Assembly: GCA_012862495.1 (NCBI GenBank)
Contig: BLSG01000387.1
Coordinates: 62,001-116,044, forward strand
Direction: 5' to 3'
Source: Thraustochytrium aureum
Lineage: Eukaryota
DNA length: 54,044 bases
The notes under the pieces are model-generated. The model did not search any database. It saw only the letters and a program-made list of their open reading frames with translations, and was not told the DNA's origin. A program made the translations under genes and the position numbers. Shown piece after piece: positions 11,057-22,969 of the stretch (positions within the stretch are counted from its first letter, which is position 1; each line of letters opens with the position of its first letter).

Positions 11057-11456
11057 TAAAATAGCGGAGCGGAACAACAATAGCGGAGCGAACGAAATAA
11101 TAATAGCGGAACGTTTCTGAAATAATAGCGGAACGATACAGAAAACGAGAAGGTTTTACCGGCTCGGGAGATTAGAGGAGCCTCTGTTTTTAGGTTTAAC
11201 CGGCTCGGGGTATTAGAGGAGCTTCTGTTTTTGAGGTTTTACCGGCTCGGGCTAATAGAGGAGTTACCATATTTGAGGTTCTACCGGCTCAGGTTAATAG
11301 AGGCGTTCTCACTTTTGAGGTTCTACCGTGTGGAGATAAATAGAGGAGGTAGGTTTTACCGGCTCGGGCTAATAGAGGCGTTCTCACTTTTGAGGTTCTA
11401 CCGTGTGGAGATAAATAGAGGGGTAGTACTGTTTTTATTTATTAAAATAGCGGAGC
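11057..11456. repeat. AT-richer repeat element: AATAGCGGA motifs plus 7 tandem ~42-bp units, bounded by a TAAAATAGCGGAGC direct repeat
   Basis: Units start at 11151, 11192, 11234, 11276, 11318, 11351 and 11393 (consensus AGGTT(T/C)TACCGGCTCGGGNTAATAGAGG+variable). The 14-mer occurs at 11057-11070 and 11443-11456. Confidence 0.9.
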
Positions 11457-11724
11457 TGCTGTGCTTGTTATTTTGAGGGCTCTTGGTGTGGTAGCGCGGC
11501 AGGTGCCGAGGCGAGGACGTGCAGCAAGCAGAACAGAAGCTGGTCTGCGTTTGCAGCGAGCTGGCGGCCAGGACAGCCAGGCAGCGCCGTAGTCCTGGAG
11601 AGTCGCCGTCGGCAGGTGCGCGGCGGGTCGCGCCTGAAAGGCGCCTGAGCGCGTTGGCCCCGAACGAGCTGCTCGGATCGCCGACCTGGATCTGGATCGG
11701 TTTCTGGTTAGGAAGACCACCCGG

Positions 11725-13731
11725 ATGAGCGGGACAGGGGACGGCGCAACGGTCGCGCCGGTGCCGGTCACGCTGGTACCAACTCCGTCACCGACGGCGG
11801 AGCACGTCTCGACGCATGCGTTTGGCGCCGCGAACACGCTCCTGCTCGTGGGGCTCCTGATGGTCTGCATCCTCGTCGGGTACGTCCTGCAGGAAAGACG
11901 GTTCAAATACATGCCTGAAAGCGGGTCGTCAATGCTGCTTGGGATGGTCGCCGGAGGCGTGATCCGCGCCGTCGTGGACAACGAGGCAGAGCTGGACTTT
12001 TTGCAGTTCAACCCGCTCATCTTCTTCTTCGTCCTGTTGCCGCCGATCATTTTTGAGGCCGGCTACACGCTCAAGAAAAAGCGGTTCTTCAGCAACATCA
12101 CCGCGATCGCGCTATACGCCGTCGTGGGCACCTTCCTGTCGACGTTTGTGGTGGGCCTCCTCACCTACTTGTGCGCCAAGATCGGCCTCATCGGCATCGA
12201 CAGCGACTCGCCGCTGCAGGCGCTCCTTTTTGGCTCGCTGATCAGCTCAGTCGACCCCGTGGCCACCCTCGCTATCCTAGGAAGCGCGGAGGCCAACTGC
12301 GAGCCGCTTTTGTACTCGCTCGTATTCGGGGAGAGCGTGCTCAACGACGCGGTTGCCATCGTGCTGTTCCACGTCATGAACTCGTACGCCTCGGACGAGA
12401 AGGAGTTTCAGGGCTCGGACATTTTCATGGTGCTCTTGCAGTTCTGCTGGATGACCCTCGCATCGGTGGCCATTGGGGTTGCTACCGGGCTCATTTGCTC
12501 ATTCGTTTTCCGCATGTCGCGCATCCACAAGTACCACGCCTACGAGATCCAGCTTCTGTTCTTGTTTTCGTTCGGGTGCTTTGCGTTTGCCGAGCTCGTC
12601 CACATGTCGGGCGTCGTGTCGCTCTTCTTCTGCGCTCTTACCCTCGCGCACTACAACTACTACAATCTGTCGGTGCAGACGCAGATTTCCTCAAAGTATG
12701 TCTTCGAGGGCATGGCCAAGACGTCGGAAACGGTCGTTTTCGCTTACATGGGAGTTTCCCTCTTCACCTCGCGCAACAGCTGGAGCCCGATGTTTGTCGT
12801 CCTCGGGACCCTTTTTTGCATCGCGGGTCGGGCTTGCAACGTGTTTCCAATGAGCTGGCTCGCCAACCTGTGCCGCACGGACAAGATCAACCGCCGCATG
12901 CAGATGTTTATGTTTTTCAGCGGCCTGCGCGGGGCTGTATCCTACGCGCTCTCGACCCAGCTTGCCCCCAACACGGGGAGCGCGTACGGGATCGAGATCA
13001 TTCAAACGACCACGCTCGGGATCGTCATTTTCACGACATTCTTTTTGGGCGGGACTACTTCGAAGGTGCTCGAGCACCTCAACCTGCAGAGTGACGACAG
13101 CTCTGGCGGCGGGGCTGCCAATCAGTTACGGGAGGACTTTGCGGCCTACCACGAGCTTCCGCAAGCTGCTCGCGAGCCCTCCTCCTCGAACGGCCAAGAC
13201 GGCGAACTCGCTGGGGAGTCGCGGCTCGTGCGCGCGCGCCGCCGCGCGCACTCGTTCTGGCGTGACTTTGACAGCAACTACATGAAGCCTTGGTTTGGCG
13301 GCAAGGGCCACCAGAAGGCGCGCATCTCGCCGGCGCTTTTTAGCGCCATCCAGGACGGCAACTCTGACGCTCTGCTACTCGGAAGTGCAGACGCTGCAGA
13401 CGCTGCGGGCCAAGCCGAGGCAGCCGCTGCCGCAGCGGCCGAAGCGTCGGATATGGAGAGACGCCCCACTGCGCTCCGCGTTGCGCCCCGCTTTGGAGGC
13501 GCCGGGCTCGGGTCTCCGCCGCCACCCAGCCGCCACCCAGCTTCAGCGCGCCCTGCGGCCTCTCCTACGTCTGGGAGGTCGGCGTCCTCGGCCGATTCTG
13601 CGCCAGCGCGAGGCGGCGTCGAGCTGAACGCCCTCTGGAACGAAGACGCGAATCCGTTTGCAGAGATCTCCAGCTCGGGCAGGACAGCCTACTTTCCTCC
13701 GTCGTTGAGCGGCCCCGACAGCTCGGAATGA
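11725..13731 (+). CDS. Na+/H+ exchanger (CPA1, NHX/NHE8-like)
   Basis: FFFVLLPPIIFEAGY, FGSLISSVDPVA, LVFGESVLNDAVAIV and SGLRGAVSYAL motifs; multiple TMs. Confidence 0.96.
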   Translation: MSGTGDGATVAPVPVTLVPTPSPTAEHVSTHAFGAANTLLLVGLLMVCILVGYVLQERRFKYMPESGSSMLLGMVAGGVIRAVVDNEAELDFLQFNPLIFFFVLLPPIIFEAGYTLKKKRFFSNITAIALYAVVGTFLSTFVVGLLTYLCAKIGLIGIDSDSPLQALLFGSLISSVDPVATLAILGSAEANCEPLLYSLVFGESVLNDAVAIVLFHVMNSYASDEKEFQGSDIFMVLLQFCWMTLASVAIGVATGLICSFVFRMSRIHKYHAYEIQLLFLFSFGCFAFAELVHMSGVVSLFFCALTLAHYNYYNLSVQTQISSKYVFEGMAKTSETVVFAYMGVSLFTSRNSWSPMFVVLGTLFCIAGRACNVFPMSWLANLCRTDKINRRMQMFMFFSGLRGAVSYALSTQLAPNTGSAYGIEIIQTTTLGIVIFTTFFLGGTTSKVLEHLNLQSDDSSGGGAANQLREDFAAYHELPQAAREPSSSNGQDGELAGESRLVRARRRAHSFWRDFDSNYMKPWFGGKGHQKARISPALFSAIQDGNSDALLLGSADAADAAGQAEAAAAAAAEASDMERRPTALRVAPRFGGAGLGSPPPPSRHPASARPAASPTSGRSASSADSAPARGGVELNALWNEDANPFAEISSSGRTAYFPPSLSGPDSSE

Positions 13732-14063
13732 GGCAGCATGTACTGTACGTATGACATTTTCCCCTAGATTGTAGCTTGTAGAACGACACAGTCACAAGCA
13801 GCGCGCCCTGCTCAAACCTGTAGAGGCGGAGGGCTGGTCTCGAGCAGCTCCCGCCGCCAGCATTTCCATCCCTCCGCACCGGCCACTTCGCAGACTGCAG
13901 CCCATCACTCGTCAGGCGCTTCGCCAAATGCAGAATTCAGAACAGACCTTTTGCTGTGATTCCGGTTCCTGCGCCAGAGTGTCACCCGCAAGTGTTAAAA
14001 GAGGCGGAGGAGCCCCGGCCGCGTCGCCTCCCCGAACGAAGCCAGGGACGCCATGGCCATGGA

Positions 14064-16971
14064 TCATCCGAATGTCGCGAGGGGGCGCGAAAAAAATGGC
14101 AGAGACGAGCAATCACGGAGGCGGAGGCGCCGGCCGAGACGAAATCGGCGGAGGCGGGGCGCCGACGCATCCAGCCCTTGGCCATCTTCCGCGACACTCT
14201 GCGGCCCGGCGCCGCCTGCAGCACGACGGGAGGACACCCGCAAGCTCCCTTGCGCGTCCGGGGCGCTGTCTTGCACTTGGTGCTCTGCAAGCTCGGCAAT
14301 GATGAGCTGGAGACCGTGCACGATCCGATCGCGCACAGCCACGCGGTCTACTTCAATACAAATCTCAAACCGTCCCCAGCGACGAGGGCAAACGAGCGGG
14401 TGGAGCGATCCGCGGGGAGACTGAACAGCGGCCCAGATAGGGCGTCCTCGCCTCGAAGCACCTTTTGCGATCTCGGCCCATTCAACGGACGGCACAGAGG
14501 CGTCGTAGGCGTATCCGCTCTTGGAGGAGACCGAGCTCCAGAACAGCCTCGAAAAGCTTGGGTCCGCATAGAACCGTCGAACGTGCTGCTTTCGAGACTG
14601 CGAGCGCGGGCTCCGCCAACTTCCTACACGGCCCTGCCCTTGCGCCCGCCGGTTGTCATCGAGGTGCATCATCGCCGAGAAGCCCGAGGCGAAGAGCTCG
14701 CGCACGGCCCGACTGGTGTCATAGTCCGCACGCAGCATCGGCGTGGCAAGCACGATCCGAGCCCTCTTGAGGCGCTCGAACGCGGCCGGATCCGGGTCAG
14801 AGCTTACGTCTGGGTGGTATTGTGAGGCTAGCGCCTCGTACGCCAGCTCGACTTGAGCGGAGGTCGCGCCATGCCCCAGACCCAGCACAGCGTAGTGGTC
14901 CGCAAATCCGGGCTGCGGCGGTGCCGAGCGCGCTGCCGCTTGGGGCGGCGCGCGCCCAGGCCCGGAACCCAAAGGCAGCACCTCGTGGAGAGCGGCGAGC
15001 CAATCGCTCATCTCCCCCTCCGTCGGTGCACAGAGCTGATACACGCGGCGCGGCGTCTCGATGTAGAATTTGTTCGCTATGCGGTCCATTTCGTCGCGCG
15101 GGCCCGCCACGCGAGCCTGCGCAAGGTCGACAACGCCCTTGGGGGACCTGCTTTCTTGGCTCTTGCAGTATACAAGCGATTGGGAGGTCAGAATAAACCA
15201 GCGCCGGCGCCATCGGCTAAAGTAGGGCCTGGCCTGCGGCGGCGACTTGCTCAGAAACCCCTCGAGGCGGACGGTGGCGCCGCTCGCCAGCTCTCGCCGC
15301 GCCGTGGCATCGTGGCGCGTCGCGGCGGCAGTGTCAGCTCGGTGCTGCTCGTCCTCGTCCTCGTCGTCAGAGGCGGACCCGACTTGGCCGTTGTCGCTGG
15401 CGCCTCGCTTCTGCGCGTCGTTGGCGTCGCGAGAAACCTTGGAATATACCAGCGACGCCGAGTCTGCGCGCTGGCGGAGAGTCGCGGATTGGGCGTCGTC
15501 ATCTTGGGCGTCGTCGCTCAACCCTTCGCGGTGGTCTTGGCACAGCGGGGATGCTTTGCCCGCTCGTGTTTGCAACGTGCGGAGCTGTGACGTGAGAGCG
15601 GTGGTGGCTCTGCTGATCCGCATCGCCTCCACGCGCAAAAGAGCCGCATCCGCTGCGATTTCGCTCTCTGCCTCGACCAGCGCCGCGCCGCGCTTGGCTT
15701 TGTGCTGCATATCTGCAACGCGGTCCAGGTTTGCTCCCTGCAATTCCTGGAGCGCTTCCATCTGCTCGCGGAGNNNNNNNNNNNNNNNNNNNNNNNNNNN
15801 NNNNNNNNNNNNNNNNNNNNNNNNNNNNNNNNNNNNNNNNNNNNNNNNNNNNNNNNNNNNNNNNNNNNNNNNNNNNNNNNNNNNNNNNNNNNNNNNNNNN
15901 NNNNNNNNNNNNNNNNNNNNNNNNNNNNNNNNNNNNNNNNNNNNNNNNNNNNNNNNNNNNNNNNNNNNNNNNNNNNNNNNNNNNNNNNNNNNNNNNNNNN
16001 NNNNNNNNNNNNNNNNNNNNNNNNNNNNNNNNNNNNNNNNNNNNNNNNNNNNNNNNNNNNNNNNNNNNNNGCGCGGCGTGCTCCTCGAGCTGCACCTTGT
16101 GCAAGAGCACGTCTTTTTCGCGCTTGGTCACCTCCGTCTTGAGGCGAATGATCTCGACGACCTGCCGGTCCAGCTTGTCCTGCAGCGCGGCGACTTGGGG
16201 CTGGCCCAGCGTGGCGGAGGCGCGCGGCTCTTGGGAACCACGCGTAGCAAGGGCGCGCGCAGCGCTGAGCTCTCCGTTGAGCTGCAGAAGCCGGCTTTCC
16301 AGGTCTGAGCGTGCTTTGGCTTCTTGCGCCCGTTCGCGCTCGCGCTCGGACTGCGCCGCGCGCCGCTCTGCCTGGAGGTCAAGGATGCGGTCCTGCAGCA
16401 CGAGCGTCTCAGAGGAAGCAACAGCAGTCGCTGAAGCGGCCGCCTCGAGGCGCTTTATCGTTTCGCGGAGCTTGGATTGCTGCACGGCGCGCCGGTTTAT
16501 TTCTGCCACCGCCTCCTCCTCCCGCTTCCGTACGTCTTGCAGCTCTGCAGCTTGGGTGCGCGCTTGGTCCAGGGTCTCGCTCAGCATTTCGGTCACGCTC
16601 AGCAGCTTGTCGTTGGCCTCCTGCGCGCCCTGCTCAGCGACCGCGCATCGCTGTACCTGTTCTCGCAAAAGGCGCTCCAACAGCTTATTTTCCCGCGCGA
16701 GTTCGGTGGCGCGGCGCTCCGCGCTCGCCCCTTTGGCCTTGTTGTCTTTCAGGGCTTGCACGAGTTTTTCTACAGCCCGCTCGGTTTCTTCCAGCGCCTT
16801 TTTGCGAATACGCCCTTCCTCGACAATGAGCTTGCGCGCCATCCGCACCTGGCTTTCCCCGCCCAGCTCGCCGCCAGGCCCACCGGCGCGCTGCCAGGCG
16901 TCCACCTCCACGGAGCTCCCTGACGAGCCGCGTCTGCGGCGCCTGGACGTCCCGCCGTTCACCGTCGCCAT
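14064..16971 (-). CDS. Coiled-coil / PH / DnaJ / second PH-like domain protein (spans gap; 3' end uncertain)
   Basis: Coiled coil from ATG 16971 continues across the gap. PH domain (EGFLSK..WRRRWFIL..KGVVDL..YQLCA..WLAAL) and J domain (DHYAVLGL..YHPD..RADYD). A second PH-like region is restored by two compensating homopolymer fixes. Confidence 0.82.
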
Positions 16972-18334
16972 CTCCCTCTACGCCAAGCCAGCGCTGCGCC
17001 GCCACGCCAGCGGGGCTGCCGACGTCCGTGAGCTCGCCTGCAGCCCGGCACGCGCCTCGAGCACCAGATCCACCGTCGTTGGAGCTCCTCCGCCGCGCGC
17101 ACAGTGGGTAGCTAGCTAGCTCTAGAGAGCGCGCCAGAATCGCCGCCGTTAGCAAAATTGGCGGCGCTCGTCCGCAGCCCTGAAGGCCCTCGAGCGCCTC
17201 GAGCAGCAGCCTCGCCAGCGACAGCGCGCGAGAACTCGTCCCGCAGCCCTGCGCGCTCGAGCGCCACACCCTCGTCGCCGTTAGCGAACTGCACGCCGCT
17301 CGCGCCGTCGCCGACCAGAAGCGCTCGCGTCACTGTGGGCCCCACAACGACGAGACATCCGCCACAGCGAGCTACGTCGCGCAAATTGCTCTCCACACGT
17401 AGCGATNNNNNNNNNNNNNNNNNNNNNNNNNNNNNNNNNNNNNNNNNNNNNNNNNNNNNNNNNNNNNNNNNNNNNNNNNNNNNNNNNNNNNNNNNNNNNN
17501 NNNNNNNNNNNNNNNNNNNNNNNNNNNNNNNNNNNNNNNNNNNNNNNNNNNNNNNNNNNNNNNNNNNNNNNNNNNNNNNNNNNNNNNNNNNNNNNNNNNN
17601 NNNNNNNNNNNNNNNNNNNNNNNNNNNNNNNNNNNNNNNNNNNNNNNNNNNNNNNNNNNNNNNNNNNNNNNNNNNNNNNNNNNNNNNNNNNNNNNNNNNN
17701 NNNNNNNNNNNNNNNNNNNNNNNNNNNNNNNNNNNNNNNNNNNNNNNNNNNNNNNNNNNNNNNNNNNNNNNNNNNNNNNNNNNNNNNNNNNNNNNNNNNN
17801 NNNNNNNNNNNNNNNNNNNNNNNNNNNNNNNNNNNNNNNNNNNNNNNNNNNNNNNNNNNNNNNNNNNNNNNNNNNNNNNNNNNNNNNNNNNNNNNNNNNN
17901 NNNNNNNNNNNNNNNNNNNNNNNNNNNNNNNNNNNNNNNNNNNNGCCACCACAGCAGCAGCAGCCGACAGTGAATCTTTGCTCGGCACATCCTCCCCTGG
18001 CACGGACTCGCCTCCGCCCTGGCCGCCAGAGCTCCATCTCTCCAGCCCAGTCCTGCCCGGCTGGCTCGGCCGTCCCGGCTCGGCTGTCCTGGCTCGGCCG
18101 TGCTCTGTCGAGCCGCAGCGAAAGGCGCCCGCCATCGTGGCGTCGCGAGACCGATCGCAGCAGATCCTCGAGGACGGGCGCGCCCCAGCAGTCTGGCAGG
18201 CAGCCTGGCAGGCAGCCTGGCGGGCGGGCCGGCGGGCGGGCGGCTTGGCTCAGCTTTCGGAGTTGTAGCTCGCGAGCGGCGACGAGCGCGGCGTTGTTGC
18301 ACGGTCTCCCGGCGCTGGAGATCGCGGGACGAGA

Positions 18335-20681
18335 ATGGGCAAGCGGTGGAAATGCGCCGCAGCAGTGCTCGTACTCACAGCAGCAGCAGCAGCAGCCGCG
18401 ACGAGGGCAGAGGGACGCAGCAGCGGCGATCGCGTGGAAATGCGCGCTGCTCGGAATGTCACGCTGACGGTTGGCGGGGACGGGCTGACCGCGGCGCTGT
18501 GGGTCGAGGAGGCTGACGGGAGCAAGGTCGAGGTGCAGGGCCTGGAGCTCGAGCGCTCGACAGGGTTCGAGGGCGCGCAGGTTGTGGTGAGTGGGGCGAG
18601 GGCCGAGGGCGAAAAACCCGAGATCCAGCGGTCCGTGGACCGCGCCGCCGTCTCCTCCACCTACAAGGGCAGACTCGCGGACGGCGGGTGGGTCTCCGCG
18701 ACGCGGCTCTCGGCCAAAGAGACGCACGTCGTGCTGATGCACATGGGAGAGTACGTGCACATTCAGCCGCTTGCGCACGCCGCGCGAGGCGTTGGCCCAG
18801 CCGAGCGGCGCCGTCTCGAGCGGGATGCCAAGGCCAGCCGCCCATCGTCCTCAAACCTCGCCCCACACGTCGTGAGCCGAAGACGCTCCCTGTTTGGCTC
18901 AGGTGATAGCGCCGCCGCGCGGCAGCGAGACGGGACTGGGCATGGCCCAGAGTCTGCTTCGGATGGCGCATCCAACTGTGGGGCAATGACTCTGGACCAC
19001 GCCGGCGTCGAGGCCATATCGGAGGCCCTCGCGACGGCCCGCGACCAGCGCAGCGCGAACCGTGGCAACGGCCAAGAAAGCCAGGATGTTGCGGGCCCCG
19101 AAGCCAACCTGCGGTTGGGGGAGCACGCTGCGCCGATGGACGCCCCAGGCGAGCGCAGGGGGTTGATCACCAACGAACTGTACGCCGAGCGCGCCGACGC
19201 GTGGACCGGGTGCTTTCCGAACCAAGAGAAGGGCCACTTTCTCGAGACAGGCCTGGTGCTCGACTACGGGTTTGTCGAGTCTTTTGGGTCCCCGGCGCAG
19301 GCGCTCAAAGCAGCCGAGGCGATGGTGGCGAGCGCCAACATGGTGCTGCACTTTCAGCTCAACCTGCAAGTGCGTGTGCGCCAGATCCTGGTTGTGGTAG
19401 GCCCCCTCCCGAAAACGAACGCCACCGAGGTGGGCCGGCGCGTGCTCGAGGTCTTCGAGGCCAGCCCGGATGCACTGCTTGGGCCGCAGTGCATCTCGCC
19501 CACCTCGTGCGCCTGCGACGTCGCTTCGGACGATGCAAGTTGCGCAGAAGAGGACAAGGTCTGCGGCATCGCGCAGTCTCTGAATGCCATGACCTGGTTT
19601 TCGGGCCAGCTCTTCGGCCAAATCACCGCCGAGACTGGCCCGAAGGACAACTGGCTCGCGTTTGAGGACAGTGGCGCGCTGGCCCAACTCGGCCACTTGG
19701 CGCATTGGCATCTCTTCACTGCATGCTACACGGCGCCGGGGACGATCGGCATCGCATGGGGGCTGACCCCGTCTGAGCGCCTCCCACGGCGCGGGACGTC
19801 GTGCATGGACGGCATCAACACGGGTGTGTCGTCCCTTACAGAAGACAGCTGGATTACATTTGTGCACGAGGTGGGGCATTCGCTCGGCATGCTGCATTCG
19901 TTCGAGGAGGGCGAGGGGCTCACCGGGGGGCTCATGGACTATGGCGACGGCCGATACAAGGGCAAGTACCAGTTCAACGACAAGTACCGCCGCTCCGAGG
20001 TCTGCGACGAGCTGACCCAGGTCCTGTCCTCGGGCTCGTGCCGGCGCGGCACCATCGACCTGATGCCTGCCCGCTCCCCAGACTGCACAACTCGCGACGG
20101 CGACCCGAACGTGCTCAACCTGTACTGCGAGGGCGGGTTCTGCCCAGTTTACGACGACCTCGAGGTCGGCCCGTGCAGGCCCATCCCACCGGTGCTCATT
20201 CTAAACGGGCAGGAGCTCGAGTACAAGTACTCTGTCATTGGGACGCCCGTGACCGGGTACGGCCCTCCGCAAAAGCTGCGATGGCGCGCCGCCGACTCCC
20301 TTTTGTGCGGCGATCCGGCCTCGCCGGCAGAAGACTTTGAGTCGGACGAGCTCGTGCTTGTCCAGCGCGGCAACTGCTCGTTTGACGCCAAGGCGCTGAA
20401 TGCCAAGGCTGGCGGCGCAGCGGCGATGGTCGTCTTTGACGACTCGGAATCCGACGAGCTGGTGGAAATGTTTGGCGACGAGACTGACCTGTCGCTCCGC
20501 GTCGGCTTCGTGCGGCGCTCCGTGGGGCTCGCCGCGCTCGAAACGATTGCGGCGCTGCAAGAAGAGGGCGCGGACGCGGAGGGCTACTTTGGGGCCGCTC
20601 CGCCGTCGCTGATCAACGCGCGCGACCCTGCGCGCGAGGCAAAGGTGCCGGGAACGCGCAATCAGTTCCTGATCATCGCAA
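18335..20681 (+). CDS. Secreted reprolysin-like (M12B) zinc metalloprotease with PA domain; 3' end in gap
   Basis: Signal peptide, prodomain with NCG Cys-switch candidate, HEVGHSLGMLH zinc motif, Met-turn GGLMDY, and PA domain LVQRGNCSFDAKALNAKAGGAAAMVVFD. Confidence 0.88.
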
Positions 20682-21363
20682 NNNNNNNNNNNNNNNNNNN
20701 NNNNNNNNNNNNNNNNNNNNNNNNNNNNNNNNNNNNNNNNNNNNNNNNNNNNNNNNNNNNNNNNNNNNNNNNNNNNNNNNNNNNNNNNNNNNNNNNNNNN
20801 NNNNNNNNNNNNNNNNNNNNNNNNNNNNNNNNNNNNNNNNNNNNNNNNNNNNNNNNNNNNNNNNNNNNNNNNNNNNNNNNNNNNNNNNNNNNNNNNNNNN
20901 NNNNNNNNNNNNNNNNNNNNNNNNNNNNNNNNNNNNNNNNNNNNNNNNNNNNNNNNNNNNNNNNNNNNNNNNNNNNNNNNNNNNNNNNNNNNNNNNNNNN
21001 NNNNNNNNNNNNNNNNNNNNNNNNNNNNNNNNNNNNNNNNNNNNNNNNNNNNNNNNNNNNNNNNNNNNNNNNNNNNNNNNNNNNNNNNNNNNNNNNNNNN
21101 NNNNNNNNNNNNNNNNNNNNNNNNNNNNNNNNNNNNNNNNNNNNNNNNNNNNNNNNNNNNNNNNNNNNNNNNNNNNNNNNNNNNNNNNNNNNNNNNNNNN
21201 NNNNNNNNNNNNNNGCGCCGCTCGGCGCCGCTCCTGGCGTGAGAATGTGTACGAATACCATTTTATTTGTGTGGTCCGCCCTGCTGGGCGCTAGGTACTG
21301 GCGTCAGATCGTGTACGAATATCATATATTATGCGCGGGCCGCCCTGGCGGCTCGAGCCCCAG

Positions 21364-22357
21364 TCAGTGCAAGCGCTGCCGCTTTATGCTCCAGGTAATG
21401 AGCCACTTGAGGTCGATGAGAAAGTACTTTAGCGCGCGGGTCCAAGTTGCGTCAGAGCCCCCTGTCCGAATGCTGAGCCCGCCCACTTTGTCCCCGTCGA
21501 TCGGGTAAGGGAGCTCCATGACCCTGTCGTACTTTTGCGCATAGTCGCCCAGCTCTTGCAAGCAGTTCAGAATGCAGACCATCGCGTCGTTGAACGAGCT
21601 CTTGAAAAACCCTCCCTTGCAGTAGAGTTCAAAGCTGGTACGCTCCGATCCCACCTTGGCCATCTTGCTCACAGAGCCCTGCGGGATGATGCGGTGCTTC
21701 TTGAACGAGTAGTGCACTTCGCGCGCAAGCGTGGCCAGCAGCAAGGCGACCTGGCCCCAGGCCGCATTGATCTCGGACCACTCGACAGGGAACTCTGGGA
21801 GCCGGCCGAGCCTGAGGCCGCTGATGGTCCCAAACGCGCCATCGTACCAAATGCAGAACGCGTCGTTCAGAACGTTGGTCTCCTTGAGCGCTCCGCGGCA
21901 CCGGGACAGGATGTCGATGCGCGAGTTGATCGACTCTAGCATTTGCTCAGTCGCGTGCGACTCGTCGACAAGGCGGTTCGCCTCGCGCCACACCCTGTCT
22001 TGCAAAAGCGCAACGCTGTCTGCTGCCCGCTCGAGCTGCTCGAGCTGGCCCGCGAGGCCGGCGCGCCGCGCCTCCAAGGCTGCGACTTGCGCTTCGAGCT
22101 CGTGCTCCGGGTCCCGCGCGTCGACTTGCCCTGCGTTCGCAAGCTCTTTCGCCGCGCTCTCCCCGCCGCCTGCTCCAGGGCTCTGCGCAGCTCGGGCACC
22201 TGGCGTTGGGGCAGCCGCGGCGGCTTCTTTTTCGAGCGCGGCGGCGAAGGCCTCGGCCCTCTCGGCGCGGGTCTCGAGCTCGCGGGCCTGGCGCTCGAGC
22301 TCTGCGCGCAACTCTGGCACGTCAACGCACTGCTTGGCCATCGCATACTCCCCACCA
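21364..22357 (-). CDS. ATG6: Beclin-1/ATG6 (5' end in gap)
   Basis: Coiled coil followed by the BARA domain: NVLNDAFCIWYDGAFGTISGLRLGRLPEFPVEWSEINAAWGQ...LPYPIDGDKVGG..WTRALKYFLIDLKW. Confidence 0.95.
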
Positions 22358-22969
22358 NNNNNNNNNNNNNNNNNNNNNNNNNNNNNNNNNNNNNNNNNNN
22401 NNNNNNNNNNNNNNNNNNNNNNNNNNNNNNNNNNNNNNNNNNNNNNNNNNNNNNNNNNNNNNNNNNNNNNNNNNNNNNNNNNNNNNNNNNNNNNNNNNNN
22501 NNNNNNNNNNNNNNNNNNNNNNNNNNNNNNNNNNNNNNNNNNNNNNNNNNNNNNNNNNNNNNNNNNNNNNNNNNNNNNNNNNNNNNNNNNNNNNNNNNNN
22601 NNNNNNNNNNNNNNNNNNNNNNNNNNNNNNNNNNNNNNNNNNNNNNNNNNNNNNNNNNNNNNNNNNNNNNNNNNNNNNNNNNNNNNNNNNNNNNNNNNNN
22701 NNNNNNNNNNNNNNNNNNNNNNNNNNNNNNNNNNNNNNNNNNNNNNNNNNNNNNNNNNNNNNNNNNNNNNNNNNNNNNNNNNNNNNNNNNNNNNNNNNNN
22801 NNNNNNNNNNNNNNNNNNNNNNNNNNNNNNNNNNNNNNNNNNNNNNNNNNNNNNNNNNNNNNGAGCGCGGGCGGGCGGGCTGGCGGGCCGGTGCACGGCG
22901 CGGCGCTGCGCGCTGGGATGGAGCCATGCGTTGGATAGTTTCTTTGCAGGGTGGGGGGCAAGACTTGTT

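Noticed and set aside
11151..11430. CRISPR array
   Set aside because: The variable parts are only about 13 bp and are related or duplicated, the repeats are degenerate, there are no cas genes, and the context is eukaryotic.
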